The position numbers were made by a program, and so were the translations under genes. This document shows, piece after piece, positions 28,801 to 37,682 of a DNA stretch of 50,882 nt. Under the pieces are notes generated by a model. That model was not told where the DNA came from. It saw only the letters and a list, made by a program, of their open reading frames with translations, and did no database searches. Each line of letters starts with the position of its first letter. The first letter of the stretch is position 1. Source of the DNA: an uncultured Clostridia bacterium (lineage in GTDB: Bacteria > Bacillota > Clostridia > Christensenellales > UBA1242); NCBI GenBank assembly GCA_944372325.1, contig CALVYR010000003.1:1-50882 (forward strand), in the 5' to 3' direction.

Positions 28801-31800
28801 TGGCATAGAAACTTCATTTACTACTGGTAGAGAGTTTAATTACGGTACAGAACTAACACTTGATGTTGAACACGGTTCCTATGAAATTGCTTCAATAACA
28901 GGAATTGATAGCTTGCAAGCAGTTAGCTCTCAAACCTTTAATGTAGCAGATTCTAAAAACATTATTGTTATTACCTTTGTTGCTGTAACCGACTTTAGCA
29001 TTGTATTAAATGCTACTGGTGCAGATTCATGGAATCTTGGCTCTGGAAGTGAAACTATTTGGACTATTAGTGAAGATAAGAGTATTGCAACAAGACTTAT
29101 TTCCACAGGTGAAGAAATTAATATAATTACACCTAATAGAATAGGTTATAAGTTCCTTGGTTGGTCTACAACTCCTAATGGTTCGGTAGATTACGCAAGC
29201 ACAACTTATGAACCAACAGATTCTTCAAATAAAATGTTCCAATTATATGCAGTATGGCAGGTTATTCCTTACGATGTAACAATTTACTATCAACATGAAA
29301 ATATTAATGAAGGATTCGAATTAAGTGGTTTAGATTTTGAAGTTTTAATCAACGGCGTAGCAGATACAACTAATGGTGATACAATAACAGGAACTTATGA
29401 TTTTGGCACTGAATTTGTATTTACTTTAGATGGTTTAAAACTACCAGATGGCTTTAAATTTAAGGATATAACAATTAAGAATTTAGAAGATAATTCTGAA
29501 ACTACAGTATTAGAACTTCCTTACTCATTTAAAGTTCCAAATTACAATACTCAAATTATTATAAGAATAGAAAGAAGAGTATTTAATGTTAATTTAAACC
29601 CTAATGCAAATGGAGATAGCGTAACTGGCTTAGAAGAACAGTTTACAGCTAAATATGGCATAGCTAAAACTCTTCCAACACCAACAAGAAGTGGTTATAG
29701 ATTTGATGGTTGGACATTAGATCAAGTTAGCACAACTTATGTTACAACTCATACTCAAGGCTTAAATGAAGTAACCTATTATGCACAATGGACAAGAACG
29801 GAATTTAAGTTAAATATTAAGCTATTTATTAATGAAGTTCAATACACAGGCTCAGATTGGACTATAGGCTATGAAGATATCTATACTCCAACCTTTGAAA
29901 ATGGCGTATATACATTTGGTATCCTTTACAACACATATGTTCAGTTCACTGTTATAAGAAATGCATTTAGGCTAGAAAAAGTTGTGGTTGGCACTCAAGA
30001 ATTTACATCTTATAATGTAGATTTCAATATGCCAGCTAGTGATACAGATTTCAATATCTATCTTGTAAATGAGAACTATACATTCACTTTAGATGCATCA
30101 AATTACATAGATGGAAATGCTGAAGTTGAATTTTCAAATGCTACTGGTTGGACTATAAATAATGGGGTGGCAAGTAAAGCTGTAATATCTTATGAAGAAG
30201 TAGATTTACTAACTCCAGTTTCTACTGGCTATGATTTCTTAGGCTGGTATACAGAGCCATATGGTCAAGGCGAACTTGTTGAGGATGTTACATTTACTCA
30301 AGATGTTTGGGAAAATGTTGCATATTATGCTCGTTGGGATTATGGTAGCACAACTCTATCATACTCTACATGGCTAGAAAATGCTCACAATAGTGAATTT
30401 ACTCAAATTTCAGAAGGTACAACAGAATATAACAATGTATTTAAGTCTTTAACTTTCTCTCATGAAGGAAGCGTAGGCTTCAAAACAAATGTAACAGTAA
30501 CCTTTGAGTTAAATGATGGTTACAGAGCGCTTGAAGGTGATATTACAGGTGGAAATTCAGGAACGCTTATAGATAATGGCAATAACACCTACACATATAC
30601 ATTCAATATGCCTTCTGCATCTACAGAGATAAAACTCAACATTAGAAGACAAGTTTATACTTTGACATTTGATAATGGTCTAGGTAATGAAGTTGACATA
30701 GTATCTAATATGCCTGATCCTGTTCAGTTAAAGCTAGATGAAAATTGTACACTTCCTGTAACACCTGAAAGGTCTGGCTATACATTTGCTGGTTGGTACA
30801 CAGAATTAAAAGGTCAAGGCACTGGTTATGATAATACAAATAATCTATATTACCAAGGTAAGGGTGATGAAACACTTTACGCATACTGGACTATAAATGA
30901 TAGTGGACTAACTGTTAAAAAATATTTAGATGGTGAGCCTACAACTAGTGGTGGTACATTTACAGTTGGCGGACAAACTGTTGAGCCAAACGAAGCGTAT
31001 GAATATATTTTCAATGTTACATACGGTGATTATTTAGCTCTCAGCATAGATCCAACAATATACAACCTAGAAAGCGTTGTGGCAGACAATGCTACATTAA
31101 GCGGTTCTGGAAACACTAGATATTTCTCTGTAGGAGAAGATCCTGTTACAATTTATATCTACTTTACAAGCAAAGATTACACTTTAACCTTAGTTGCAAA
31201 TAACTATTTAGATTCAAATGCTACTGTAACCTTTAATGCTAGCTCTGGTTGGGTGGCAGTAAACAGCAGTGCTACATATCAAATCAAATCAGCTGGAAGC
31301 GTAACTCTTATCACTCCAAGTTCAACTGGATATAAGTTCTTAGGCTGGTATTCAAGCCCTAATGGTCAAGGAGATATGCTCTATTCTGACGGCGCTGAGT
31401 TTACACAAAACACTACAGAAAATGTTACACTATATGCTAAGTGGGAAATAGGAAATTATAGCTTAACAACAAATATTAACACTCAAAATATTATTGATGA
31501 TGAGTTTGCTAATAATTCAGATGGACTTTCAAGTTTGAGACTAGAAAAATTCGCAGATGGAATTTGGGTAGATGCAACTAGTGAAACTTCTTTCGATTAT
31601 AACACTTCACTTAGGTATATAATTGAAACTAAAGCAGGTTTTAACCTTCAGGCAAATAGCTTTGATGGAATTTCAGGAGCATTTAGCTCTAATGGAACAG
31701 CTTATATCTATGAATTCACAATGGCTGGCAGTGAAACAACTATTGATGTAAATATCTATAGAAATGAATATGTTCTAAGCTTTGCAAATGGAAATAGAGA

Positions 31801-34800
31801 TGTAACTGATATAACATCTACAATGCCAGAGCAAATAACTCTTAAATTTGGTGAGAGCGTAAATCTTCCAGAGGCATTAACAGCTACAGGTTACACATTT
31901 GAAGAGTGGAATACGGTAGCTAACGGAAGTGGCACAGCTTATCAACCTTTAGCAAACTTCACTCAAACTTCTGAAAGCGTTACACTTTATGCTGTATGGA
32001 CTATCAATTCTCATAAGATTACAATAAACATCACAGGTAATGCTCCAGTTTCTGAAGTGAGTTTCGTGCTTACAAACAGCGAAGGAGATGAGCTCTTAAA
32101 GAGTGATGGTGTAAATTCAAGTTTTGAAGTTTCGGATATAGATTATAATTCTAACTTAACTATAACAATAGATTCTGGAATTTATAATATTGGTTCTGTA
32201 ACTGGTACTAACGGTGAGGGTAATGTTAGAACATTTACTATGCCAGATGAAGATGTGGTTATAAACATAATCTTTGGTGAAGCATCTTACGAACTCACAT
32301 TAAACCCAGATACTACAATTATTAGTAACTATACAGTTACTTGGGTAGAAGATGAAATACAAAACTGGCAAGAAACAGAAACAAATAGTATTAAAACAAC
32401 TGTTGTTTCAAATCAAACTTTGCAAACTCTTCCAACCCCAAGTATCAAAGGTTTAGAGTTCTTAGGTTGGTATACAGAAGCAAATGGAAAGGGTACATTA
32501 GTTACTGCTTACACTCAAAAAACTGCACAAAATGTCACACTTTATGCTCACTATAAATTAGCTTCATTTAACTTCGATTTAAATATTAGCACTGAAGATG
32601 CTATTTTAGATGAATATGATGAAAATCTAGATGGAGTTAATGGTGAAGTATCACTTTACCTATATGATGAAACTACTAAAACATGGTTAAAATCTGACGC
32701 ATTTACCTATGGAAATGCGGTAAAAATAGAGTATTTAAAGAATGCAAGATTTGAATTTACATTAAATAGTGGTTTTGAAATTGCTGATAATGCAATATCT
32801 GGAAATATTCAAGGCGTTCTATCTAATAATGGTAATACTTATTATTATACTTTCATAATGACAAATGAAGCGGTATCTGTAAATATCAATATATCAAGAA
32901 TAAGATATACTCTAGAATTTGATAAGAATACTCAAGATACTGTAACCAATCTTCCAGAAAGAGTGTCATTAAAAATGGGCGCAACCTATGAAATTCCAGA
33001 TGCTTCCACAATGGTAAGAAAAGGTTATGCGTTTACTGGAATATGGAATATCTATGGCACAGATGGTGAAATTATTACTTCTCTTGAGGCTGGTGACATA
33101 TTCACTCAGACTAGCGCAGGAAATACCATATTATTTGCAAATTGGAATGCTAAAACTTATACTATAGAATTTGATTTTGCTGGCGGTACTTCTAGTGAAA
33201 CAGGAAGAGAAATTGGATATGATACTTCAATCATAATGCCTGACACAGAATATGAAGGTTATGAACTCTCAGGTTGGACAATTAAAGTTAAGGGTTCTAA
33301 CACAACTTACGCAATTACTACTGGTGATACATTAAGAACTCTTGAAACTAAAAATTCAGTAGATTTAGTTGGAACTCTAGATACAGTAACCTTTGTAATT
33401 ACAGCAAATTGGAATGCAGGAAATAACTTTATTACAATAAGCTCTGGGCTTGATGAAACACTTTACACACAAAATGGTTTGACAATAGCTTCCAGACCTA
33501 CTGCTCCACAGATAGACTTCTATGTAAATAACGAGCTTCGTCAAAATTATAGCGTAAGCACGGGAGATACTGTAAGGCTTCAAGCTACCTTGCCAGAAGG
33601 TTACCAAGTTAAAGAATGGCAAATAACTGGAACGGCAAGTCAAACTAACCCAGATGGCAACTTAAATATTGTAGAAATTACAGGCTTTACATCTAATTTA
33701 AGTGTAAAACTTGTTTATGAACCTAAAGAATTTACAGTTACACTTTTAGCTTCTACAAATGGCAATCTTTCATTTGCTCAAGAAAACAGTGGAGTTTATG
33801 ATATAACTGAAAACACTGCTAAAACACTTTCTGGTGTAAATGTAAATGTTTTGGCAACGCCAAACGATGGCTTTACATTCTCAAGTGTTAGCTCAGATAA
33901 TTCAGCAGTTACACTTTCTCCAACAAAGCAAGGTGATAATGCTGAAATATTAGTTGTGGGAATGCTAGAGGATACTCAAATTTCTGCAAGCTTTACAGAA
34001 AGACCAAACTTAGTAATGATTGAAGGCGACAATATAGCTTCTGTAAGATATCAAATTTCAGACTCTACACAGTTTGGAGATAACTTCATTCTATATAGCG
34101 ATAATTCTGGAATAACAATTTTAACAGGACAATATTTAAAGCTTCAAATTACTACAAATCAAGGTTATAGCGTAGTTAATTTGCTTTGCAATGATAATAA
34201 TGTTGTTATAAATTATCCTTATGAGCAAAATAACAATCAAGCATTAATTCAAGGTATAATTGCTGATACTACAATAACTATTGATACTGAAATAAATGAA
34301 TATAGTTTTGAGGCTGGAATTGTAAATAATGGCCAAGAAGGAACTATAAACATTGAAACACAACCAAATATTAGCGGAAAATATAACTATAACACTGAAA
34401 TAACTTTAAGTGCTACAAGCGAACAGGTAGGCGGACTTGATAAATATAACTTTATAGGTTGGTTTACAGATCTTGAAGGATTAAACTTCTATTCAGCTGA
34501 AAATCCACTTACATTCACATTGACTGAAGATACAACTCTTTATGCTAAATTTGAAATTAAGACCTATAATGTTACATATCAAATCGGCTCAAGTTATGAT
34601 GGTTATGGTACACTTTCAGGAAATGTAAACCAAGTTGTAAACTTTGGTGAGAGTTCAGAAGGTGTTACTGTAGAAGTTGGATTAGGCTATGAGTTTACTA
34701 GATGGGTTATCACTCGTGGTGAAGATGTAAGCTATAGCGAAGACCTAACTCTTGTAATAGACAATGTTACCTCGGATGTACAGTGCGTAGCTGAGTTTAA

Positions 34801-37531
34801 TAAAAAGGATGTAACTATAAATCTTCAAGTTTCCATTGAGGGTGAAATAATTACAACTGGAGTTGACAAAGTAGCTATTCAATATGTATCTGGTGCAGAA
34901 GGAACTGATATCTCTACAGCAGAGTTACTTGAAATGACATTGTCTGGAAAATCTAATACAGATATTGTTATTAGAGCAATTCCAAAACAAGGTTATACCT
35001 TTGGTACATATCAACCTTATAGTGTTACAGGGAATATTGATGTAACTGTAGATGGCAATATGATAACCTTAAATGCTAAGGATGAAGTAACAAATGTGGT
35101 TATCAACTTTGCTAGGCGTTCTAATATAATTACTTCAAGCTTGTTGATTTCTGGAAATGTTGGTGGTGGACTTATCAGATATGAAAGTCAAGGCATATGG
35201 CAACACACAGGTGCAACATATGAAGCGACAAGAAATACTGAAACTACACTTACCTATAAGATATTTATCTCTCCAGGATATCAACTTGAAAGTGCATTTA
35301 AAAACGCTTATGTAGATGGCCAACCATATGTTGGCACAGGTTATACACTTGTTATAACTACAGCTACAGATTATACAGGTCTAGATGAACAATACTTCAC
35401 AGAGGCCTATGATGTTACAATTTCTGGATATAAAGCAGATGTAAATGTAAATATCCCAGTAGAGCGTTTAAGAACACTTGTAACTTTCCATAACGGAAAT
35501 CTTTCAGATACTAGTGAAACCTTTACAGGAGAAATACTATATGGTACCTCACAAATAGTAGGTCCAACAGCAGAACAATTAGCTCCTACAAGTGAAACCC
35601 ACACTTTTGTTGGCTGGGCAAATAGTTCTAACGCTATTCTTGTTGATGCAAACGGACAGCTTTCTTCAACATGGCTATTAACTGAAACAACATATGATCT
35701 ATATGCTCAATGGCAAGAAAAATTAATTCAAATAGAAGTTGAAGTATCACCAAGCATTGCTCTTCAAAGTCAAACAAACTTCTATACAACCTTGTTTGCT
35801 AACTCAGCATCTTACGGGTTAAAGCCAGAAGCATACGATTATAACGGTACAACACTTTACTTTACAAGACCACTATCAAGATTGTACTTAACATTGCCAG
35901 TTTATAAATCTGGATACATATTTGAAGGTTTCTATATTATGAACCCAGAAACTGGTGAATATGAAAAGGTTGCTGAGCAAACTCCTGGAACATCTGAAGA
36001 TTACGCAACTAGCACAAACTGCATGATCAACATCCAAAGCTTTAATTACTATTCGTATGCAGATGCTTCAAATAATGGTACAATTTACATTAAACTTGAA
36101 TTTAATGTAACAACCAAGATAAATGCTAGAAACTACTATGGCGACAATAACAGACTATCTTCTATTGGAGGAACTGTAAGCTTTGTTGACACTGCGGGTG
36201 TAGCAGATGATACAGCAATTACAAGTGCAGATGCTACAATTAAGATGGTTGCAACTCCTGAGAACGGCTACTCCTTCATGCATTGGGAAGATGAAACTGG
36301 TTTAATCGTTTCAAATACTCCAGAATTTGAAACTACAGCTTCTCAGACAAAGAATTACACAGCGGTGTTTGTTGGAAATAGAATTCAAATCGTTTCTGAC
36401 TACGAAAATGTTGATGTAGAAGGCGGAAACCCTGAGGTATACAACGATGTTGAATACTATCATGTTGGAGATATTGTAAGCTTTAGATATGATGGCTTTG
36501 TTGTTGGATATGATCATGTTGGCTGGGCTGTTTTAAGAGAAGTTGAAGGCGAATTTGAAAATATAACAACACTTACAGGAACTACTCCGTCATACACATT
36601 AACAGAACTTTATGAAACATTAAAGATCAACCCAACATTCAATTTAAGTACGGTTGAAGTTACGGTTATAATGAGCGGAGATGGCGAAGGTGATGGCACT
36701 ATAAGATTTGCTGGAGATTTAGTTGAGTATGATAAGGTAGGAAATACCTACACATTTGAAATTCCATATGAAACTAACTTAAGCTTTACAATAGTTCCAA
36801 ACATCAGATATACATTTGATAGTGCAACCGTAAGGTATGGCGAAAGTGAGCCTGTTTCAGTTCAGGTTGTAGCAAATGAATTTAGCATCAATTACGCTGA
36901 TTATAACAATGCTAGAGCTATTACAGTGAATATCAACTATAGAGAAATCTATTGGCGTGAATATGTACTAGAAAGTGGACAAATCTTAGATAACGGCGAT
37001 GGCACATATTCTGTTAATCCTAATGGTGGCGACTTCTTAGGTGAAGGTACAGAAGAATATCCTTATGAATTAAATAACATTTTAGACTTAGCAAAACTAG
37101 CATTCATAATTAATAACAATATTAGGCAAACTGATAGACAAAAAGCAGAATATAACACTGCAGTTTACGAGTTAAACATTGATATCAACTTTGCGGATAG
37201 ATACTGGACACCAATAGGAACAAGAGATAATCCATTCCGAGGGACCTTCTACTTGAGAGGAGAAAGAACAAACCTCTTCGTAGATGATAACGACGAGTTG
37301 TTCCCTGCAAATACTTGCTTTGATACTGAAGCTGAATACTATTCATTATATGGAAAACTATTCGGTTACTTAGATGGAGCAAATATCATTGTAGAAGAAC
37401 CATCGCTTCTAGTGCTTTGGATAGTTCTTGGCGTAGTGCTATTAATAATTTTAATAATTGTAATAGTAATTATAATTTCTCATGAAAGAAGAAAGAGAAT
37501 TACTGAAGAAAGACAAAAATTATTAAAATAA
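19811..37531 (+). CDS. Giant (5,906 aa) tail-anchored surface protein with GLUG-type modules at both ends and at least ~25 Listeria/Bacteroides (Flg_new/InlB B-repeat-like) repeats
   Basis: The reading frame is uninterrupted for 17.7 kb. I prefer the ATG at 19811 (SD AAGGGG 8 nt upstream), which yields the signal peptide 'MQKSSNINKIILKVGIVLALIASIFGMGLISSSSRAYA|SEE'. Repeats of the form '...P.R.GY.F.GW......Y......LYA.W' recur throughout. The C-terminal TM is 'LLVLWIVLGVVLLIILIIVIVIII', followed by the basic tail 'SHERRKRITEERQKLLK'. Confidence 0.9.
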   Translation: MQKSSNINKIILKVGIVLALIASIFGMGLISSSSRAYASEETTTSIEEVVDTSEHGSTEEITGATDPTNPIIDADLTFIEAEPFAGNGSAGNPYQLKSAGNLAYLANQVNGGNDYEGVYFTLTANIDLAGKIWTPIGYNTSNTFRGFFDGDGYTISNLYTDYRTITGADAYGLFGFLGNRATIKNVQVTSANIVSNEESGIIAGYVNANGVIIEACYATGTINSTTYMGGIVGRGNSKSSPAISRCYTNVTFLGNGTKYAIIGYYGDVDYCLADASINLTNSNASVTNSIRRSGNYLYTNNSTSRTQYYNLTSVNYNFKNDGRTSNPIWYSSSNSNSTLCLRGVGNVYVETESYIATQDYDDSGTNSTTGSSNRPYNNSYNANGAYKTYAKGLIRTSSSASSTEYTKFYTLGQTITSAYLVPASSATWVSYEISNYNKIATQVTKEVNKTQTSTYNKTLNATTITNSSSFASSSRQGYFVIDAVFDNILYQFTLNAYDASPNEKLGTADCIGAYKQNLNYTPTYYNRLGITVINEQINIKNNDNTTLLGSDNLYRRGAEEVLNGTSGYKYYRTVAYLRYGDTLPYIDINISNSNIYLAEFTDNSSNYTLSYDNNDKDLSINPSTSVNGNVRVDMYFTNATKVTFAKGNELSSSSVTVNTNSGYSYWVINGSTSKVYVLKKTKLAGTSNCTYNQTDLPTVNYDSLGDRYELLGWADDRTIGLFTDPDANGSYTALDGTVERVFASHSKSRLNAEFVPVKTFVAPGRTGTSAGTNHMVLDLYTVFQANNGKLKVRFFDGTSQITSNSKLTSMGLTFFVSINNGANFTSPTKTNGTITLTIPYGTALQYRLNYKCGSSDKYSSTYSYVFGSSNGSYTASSTATRTLTELNNEKYLDFIFSTQPRTLDVEIIGEDGEDIAESILSSFGFMVRNQTTNTTLQTPNYTTGSYGGINYLYSKGVNYADILQIIVQTVPEGYHIESVTLANGSDITSNGTTYTTGQLRSNTKILITLARNKATINIQQTGFYSNYLSTSLPNYSYVVTRAEGGTNSSTLKTPTTITIKTGDDFSLSSKFDSSTAYFLSRVTAESILSSLNATITQGNGYTNSVSDLVVGSDGATITLTLNYSIKEFTLNFDATTDSNTNSSYWAFSYTINRSARNSSESATLTGEVSPEGSVTLRHGDTIKVSVNVKNSAAVTSYGVSANATQSSTSGFTSSVDVSYSSLISAAKTVFARVLLNEYDVIFNLSPVGSTLPDGSALLNPATWADGASGNTKTYTVYYNSTLSTIPDARRNGYNFLGWATTENATSANFNSNTRILQETNLYPVWGKYSYDIDYDLNDDEVVGVVWATSSTTSIGSGDSYTFPTLTSDSHDFVGWRYTYNGQEVVAAPGTVITWDFAQNMTFTAVWQRKVFDVQVVIYGQYSPDGTTFTYSKIADGTSTDVYYGELSADAVNLVLNKPSAQGYSFVGYLLNEPSASTIGDISTTLPNIIVSDNNTTDRVLTVYVVYKNFYTLTYASAGNGDIEIDNYSSPFYATYGEDYEFILTPDDGYLFGYFNVTPSAYISYISSSNVLTMPASDLTVEAVFIVAEIDITYLADHDGSTGAKFADGTLEKTGVVTYLNTNYRYGSNTGMPVPSRTGYDFAGWTDDINWENIPVSQRKIYTETTPWDKTEATILYATWEPESYDLIFVLNASGVTNPTSLDEITVISNGETITRTPTSGTGFVIKYGETLILPDLDSDSHDLVGWYIGTNTQKIYTPGEQYVWNELNGNTLTAVWEAKKFEVRVEIYGEHLNSDRLSYSYVDIGNGNTYSNLSFGTFLSTTFGVDALGAPSLAINKPTEAGYTFVGYALSVPTTGNIVSTFPEIELLDSNSYVNNRVLTLYLVYKNHYTLSYAPNSSALGSVHVNLSGTNIYGSSVEVTVGEGVTIVPTANNGYHFVDYQATPSVEFLDNAIYMPANNLSIVAVFEPDIIDINYYRNDGTEAIETTGKVTFNARDYTYGVTDISGMPTPVRDGYDFVGWFDAKENGNRYDTNTVWNIYNSPAALYAHWSVKQYNITVNIYGEKVDSADKTNLSNYELADVASISISDGDNTAYSEGYTYTVSYDFGKTITISGVANAGFEFYTAITNSTSQTLPYEFVLTSSGAVVNLYYSRQDFTLTLDKNTTENVTGLTSTQYVLNYGQSLALPTLNRTGYQFLGFDLDSSAEQAEFTSSYVQGTEAQTLYAIWKPIDYDITIKFMFENLDGEFEALGLLGNFDLAYNTTNMQTLPEFNGKIAYRTSVTISNIVLEAGFEISSVSFNSVTLTGVSGAYSFDVPLNGGDVVIYASRIPYDLTLDLNINDSTDVDMNNWHFEDDISETTILFGHTISLPDFTDYRDGYDFLGWSDGETTYGVGDSYTQGLTTNTLTAVWDAKTYYITYDNNTTNPYNDNKDVVNDAWAGEAGVTSIKSGESYTFPALTSDSHDFLGWSITLDDGTTYNYNVGDTNPIVWGYASDVTLKAKWSTKIFEVKVEVWHANISASNRDNISYTKQANLTAYDQNVYYGDLVRGISDVIYSQTGYSFVGYFTQNVSWTDSDKFAIDTPITGDTTIYLLYKNFYELNFSSSDPNRGSLQARIGIENLVSGDYVTYGESVTLTPVPLILEGHTESGYEFSSYTITPNARITDHTFTMPVGDTNGSVSVIVNFRAKTINITYNANTGKFSNGNTTSSGTVIYLDTNYTFKEVPTKVGHDFIEWNTEADGSGISYPVGANSSVIEIQWNEPYTNDILYAIWEPTPYTITVQIKTESLTEDGEYEVSQDATFNIRYNGELTTGLRAFEEDIAYNTEVRIENVSVDTGFSFSRATLNDRELVAIDGVYYLFNVPNGDSTFVIYVNRLPYDLTLNANTSDTITNVTGWNFTLQDGVYKATNTYKYKSNIVLPTPVREGYQFTGWLKAGGTTYQGGETFELTGDVTLQATWQIKTFPVTVVLQAFEGTYLDLSAVGFTLSEGSVQVLASDGIETSFTTGREFNYGTELTLDVEHGSYEIASITGIDSLQAVSSQTFNVADSKNIIVITFVAVTDFSIVLNATGADSWNLGSGSETIWTISEDKSIATRLISTGEEINIITPNRIGYKFLGWSTTPNGSVDYASTTYEPTDSSNKMFQLYAVWQVIPYDVTIYYQHENINEGFELSGLDFEVLINGVADTTNGDTITGTYDFGTEFVFTLDGLKLPDGFKFKDITIKNLEDNSETTVLELPYSFKVPNYNTQIIIRIERRVFNVNLNPNANGDSVTGLEEQFTAKYGIAKTLPTPTRSGYRFDGWTLDQVSTTYVTTHTQGLNEVTYYAQWTRTEFKLNIKLFINEVQYTGSDWTIGYEDIYTPTFENGVYTFGILYNTYVQFTVIRNAFRLEKVVVGTQEFTSYNVDFNMPASDTDFNIYLVNENYTFTLDASNYIDGNAEVEFSNATGWTINNGVASKAVISYEEVDLLTPVSTGYDFLGWYTEPYGQGELVEDVTFTQDVWENVAYYARWDYGSTTLSYSTWLENAHNSEFTQISEGTTEYNNVFKSLTFSHEGSVGFKTNVTVTFELNDGYRALEGDITGGNSGTLIDNGNNTYTYTFNMPSASTEIKLNIRRQVYTLTFDNGLGNEVDIVSNMPDPVQLKLDENCTLPVTPERSGYTFAGWYTELKGQGTGYDNTNNLYYQGKGDETLYAYWTINDSGLTVKKYLDGEPTTSGGTFTVGGQTVEPNEAYEYIFNVTYGDYLALSIDPTIYNLESVVADNATLSGSGNTRYFSVGEDPVTIYIYFTSKDYTLTLVANNYLDSNATVTFNASSGWVAVNSSATYQIKSAGSVTLITPSSTGYKFLGWYSSPNGQGDMLYSDGAEFTQNTTENVTLYAKWEIGNYSLTTNINTQNIIDDEFANNSDGLSSLRLEKFADGIWVDATSETSFDYNTSLRYIIETKAGFNLQANSFDGISGAFSSNGTAYIYEFTMAGSETTIDVNIYRNEYVLSFANGNRDVTDITSTMPEQITLKFGESVNLPEALTATGYTFEEWNTVANGSGTAYQPLANFTQTSESVTLYAVWTINSHKITINITGNAPVSEVSFVLTNSEGDELLKSDGVNSSFEVSDIDYNSNLTITIDSGIYNIGSVTGTNGEGNVRTFTMPDEDVVINIIFGEASYELTLNPDTTIISNYTVTWVEDEIQNWQETETNSIKTTVVSNQTLQTLPTPSIKGLEFLGWYTEANGKGTLVTAYTQKTAQNVTLYAHYKLASFNFDLNISTEDAILDEYDENLDGVNGEVSLYLYDETTKTWLKSDAFTYGNAVKIEYLKNARFEFTLNSGFEIADNAISGNIQGVLSNNGNTYYYTFIMTNEAVSVNINISRIRYTLEFDKNTQDTVTNLPERVSLKMGATYEIPDASTMVRKGYAFTGIWNIYGTDGEIITSLEAGDIFTQTSAGNTILFANWNAKTYTIEFDFAGGTSSETGREIGYDTSIIMPDTEYEGYELSGWTIKVKGSNTTYAITTGDTLRTLETKNSVDLVGTLDTVTFVITANWNAGNNFITISSGLDETLYTQNGLTIASRPTAPQIDFYVNNELRQNYSVSTGDTVRLQATLPEGYQVKEWQITGTASQTNPDGNLNIVEITGFTSNLSVKLVYEPKEFTVTLLASTNGNLSFAQENSGVYDITENTAKTLSGVNVNVLATPNDGFTFSSVSSDNSAVTLSPTKQGDNAEILVVGMLEDTQISASFTERPNLVMIEGDNIASVRYQISDSTQFGDNFILYSDNSGITILTGQYLKLQITTNQGYSVVNLLCNDNNVVINYPYEQNNNQALIQGIIADTTITIDTEINEYSFEAGIVNNGQEGTINIETQPNISGKYNYNTEITLSATSEQVGGLDKYNFIGWFTDLEGLNFYSAENPLTFTLTEDTTLYAKFEIKTYNVTYQIGSSYDGYGTLSGNVNQVVNFGESSEGVTVEVGLGYEFTRWVITRGEDVSYSEDLTLVIDNVTSDVQCVAEFNKKDVTINLQVSIEGEIITTGVDKVAIQYVSGAEGTDISTAELLEMTLSGKSNTDIVIRAIPKQGYTFGTYQPYSVTGNIDVTVDGNMITLNAKDEVTNVVINFARRSNIITSSLLISGNVGGGLIRYESQGIWQHTGATYEATRNTETTLTYKIFISPGYQLESAFKNAYVDGQPYVGTGYTLVITTATDYTGLDEQYFTEAYDVTISGYKADVNVNIPVERLRTLVTFHNGNLSDTSETFTGEILYGTSQIVGPTAEQLAPTSETHTFVGWANSSNAILVDANGQLSSTWLLTETTYDLYAQWQEKLIQIEVEVSPSIALQSQTNFYTTLFANSASYGLKPEAYDYNGTTLYFTRPLSRLYLTLPVYKSGYIFEGFYIMNPETGEYEKVAEQTPGTSEDYATSTNCMINIQSFNYYSYADASNNGTIYIKLEFNVTTKINARNYYGDNNRLSSIGGTVSFVDTAGVADDTAITSADATIKMVATPENGYSFMHWEDETGLIVSNTPEFETTASQTKNYTAVFVGNRIQIVSDYENVDVEGGNPEVYNDVEYYHVGDIVSFRYDGFVVGYDHVGWAVLREVEGEFENITTLTGTTPSYTLTELYETLKINPTFNLSTVEVTVIMSGDGEGDGTIRFAGDLVEYDKVGNTYTFEIPYETNLSFTIVPNIRYTFDSATVRYGESEPVSVQVVANEFSINYADYNNARAITVNINYREIYWREYVLESGQILDNGDGTYSVNPNGGDFLGEGTEEYPYELNNILDLAKLAFIINNNIRQTDRQKAEYNTAVYELNIDINFADRYWTPIGTRDNPFRGTFYLRGERTNLFVDDNDELFPANTCFDTEAEYYSLYGKLFGYLDGANIIVEEPSLLVLWIVLGVVLLIILIIVIVIIISHERRKRITEERQKLLK

Positions 37532-37541
37532 AAAATTAAAA

Positions 37542-37571
37542 AAGCTTCTAAATTAATTTAGAAGCTTTTTT
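37542..37571 (+). terminator. Rho-independent terminator of the giant + strand gene
   Basis: Palindrome AAGCTTCTAAATT/AATTTAGAAGCTT followed by T6, 10 nt after the stop codon. Confidence 0.85.
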
Positions 37572-37578
37572 ATGTTTG

Positions 37579-37682
37579 CTCTTAAATAAACTCTTAAATA
37601 AACTCTTAAATAAACTCTTAAATAAACTCTTAATAAACTCTTAATAAACTCTTAATAAACTCTTAAATAAATTCTTAAATAA
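37579..37682. repeat. Tandem 12/11-bp repeat array
   Basis: CTCTTAAATAAA occurs 4 times (37579-37626), CTCTTAATAAA 3 times (37627-37659), and CTCTTAAATAAA once more. The array then decays into degenerate TTCTTAAATAA and TTAAATAAA units up to about 37770. Confidence 0.9.

Noticed and set aside
19811-37531. The 17.7-kb ORF as an assembly artefact from collapsed or concatenated repeats.
   Set aside because: The repeat units are strongly diverged at nucleotide level, and the conserved motifs are encoded with different codons in each copy. The frame is uninterrupted, and the protein has coherent termini: a signal peptide and a TM anchor. Long-read confirmation would still be desirable.
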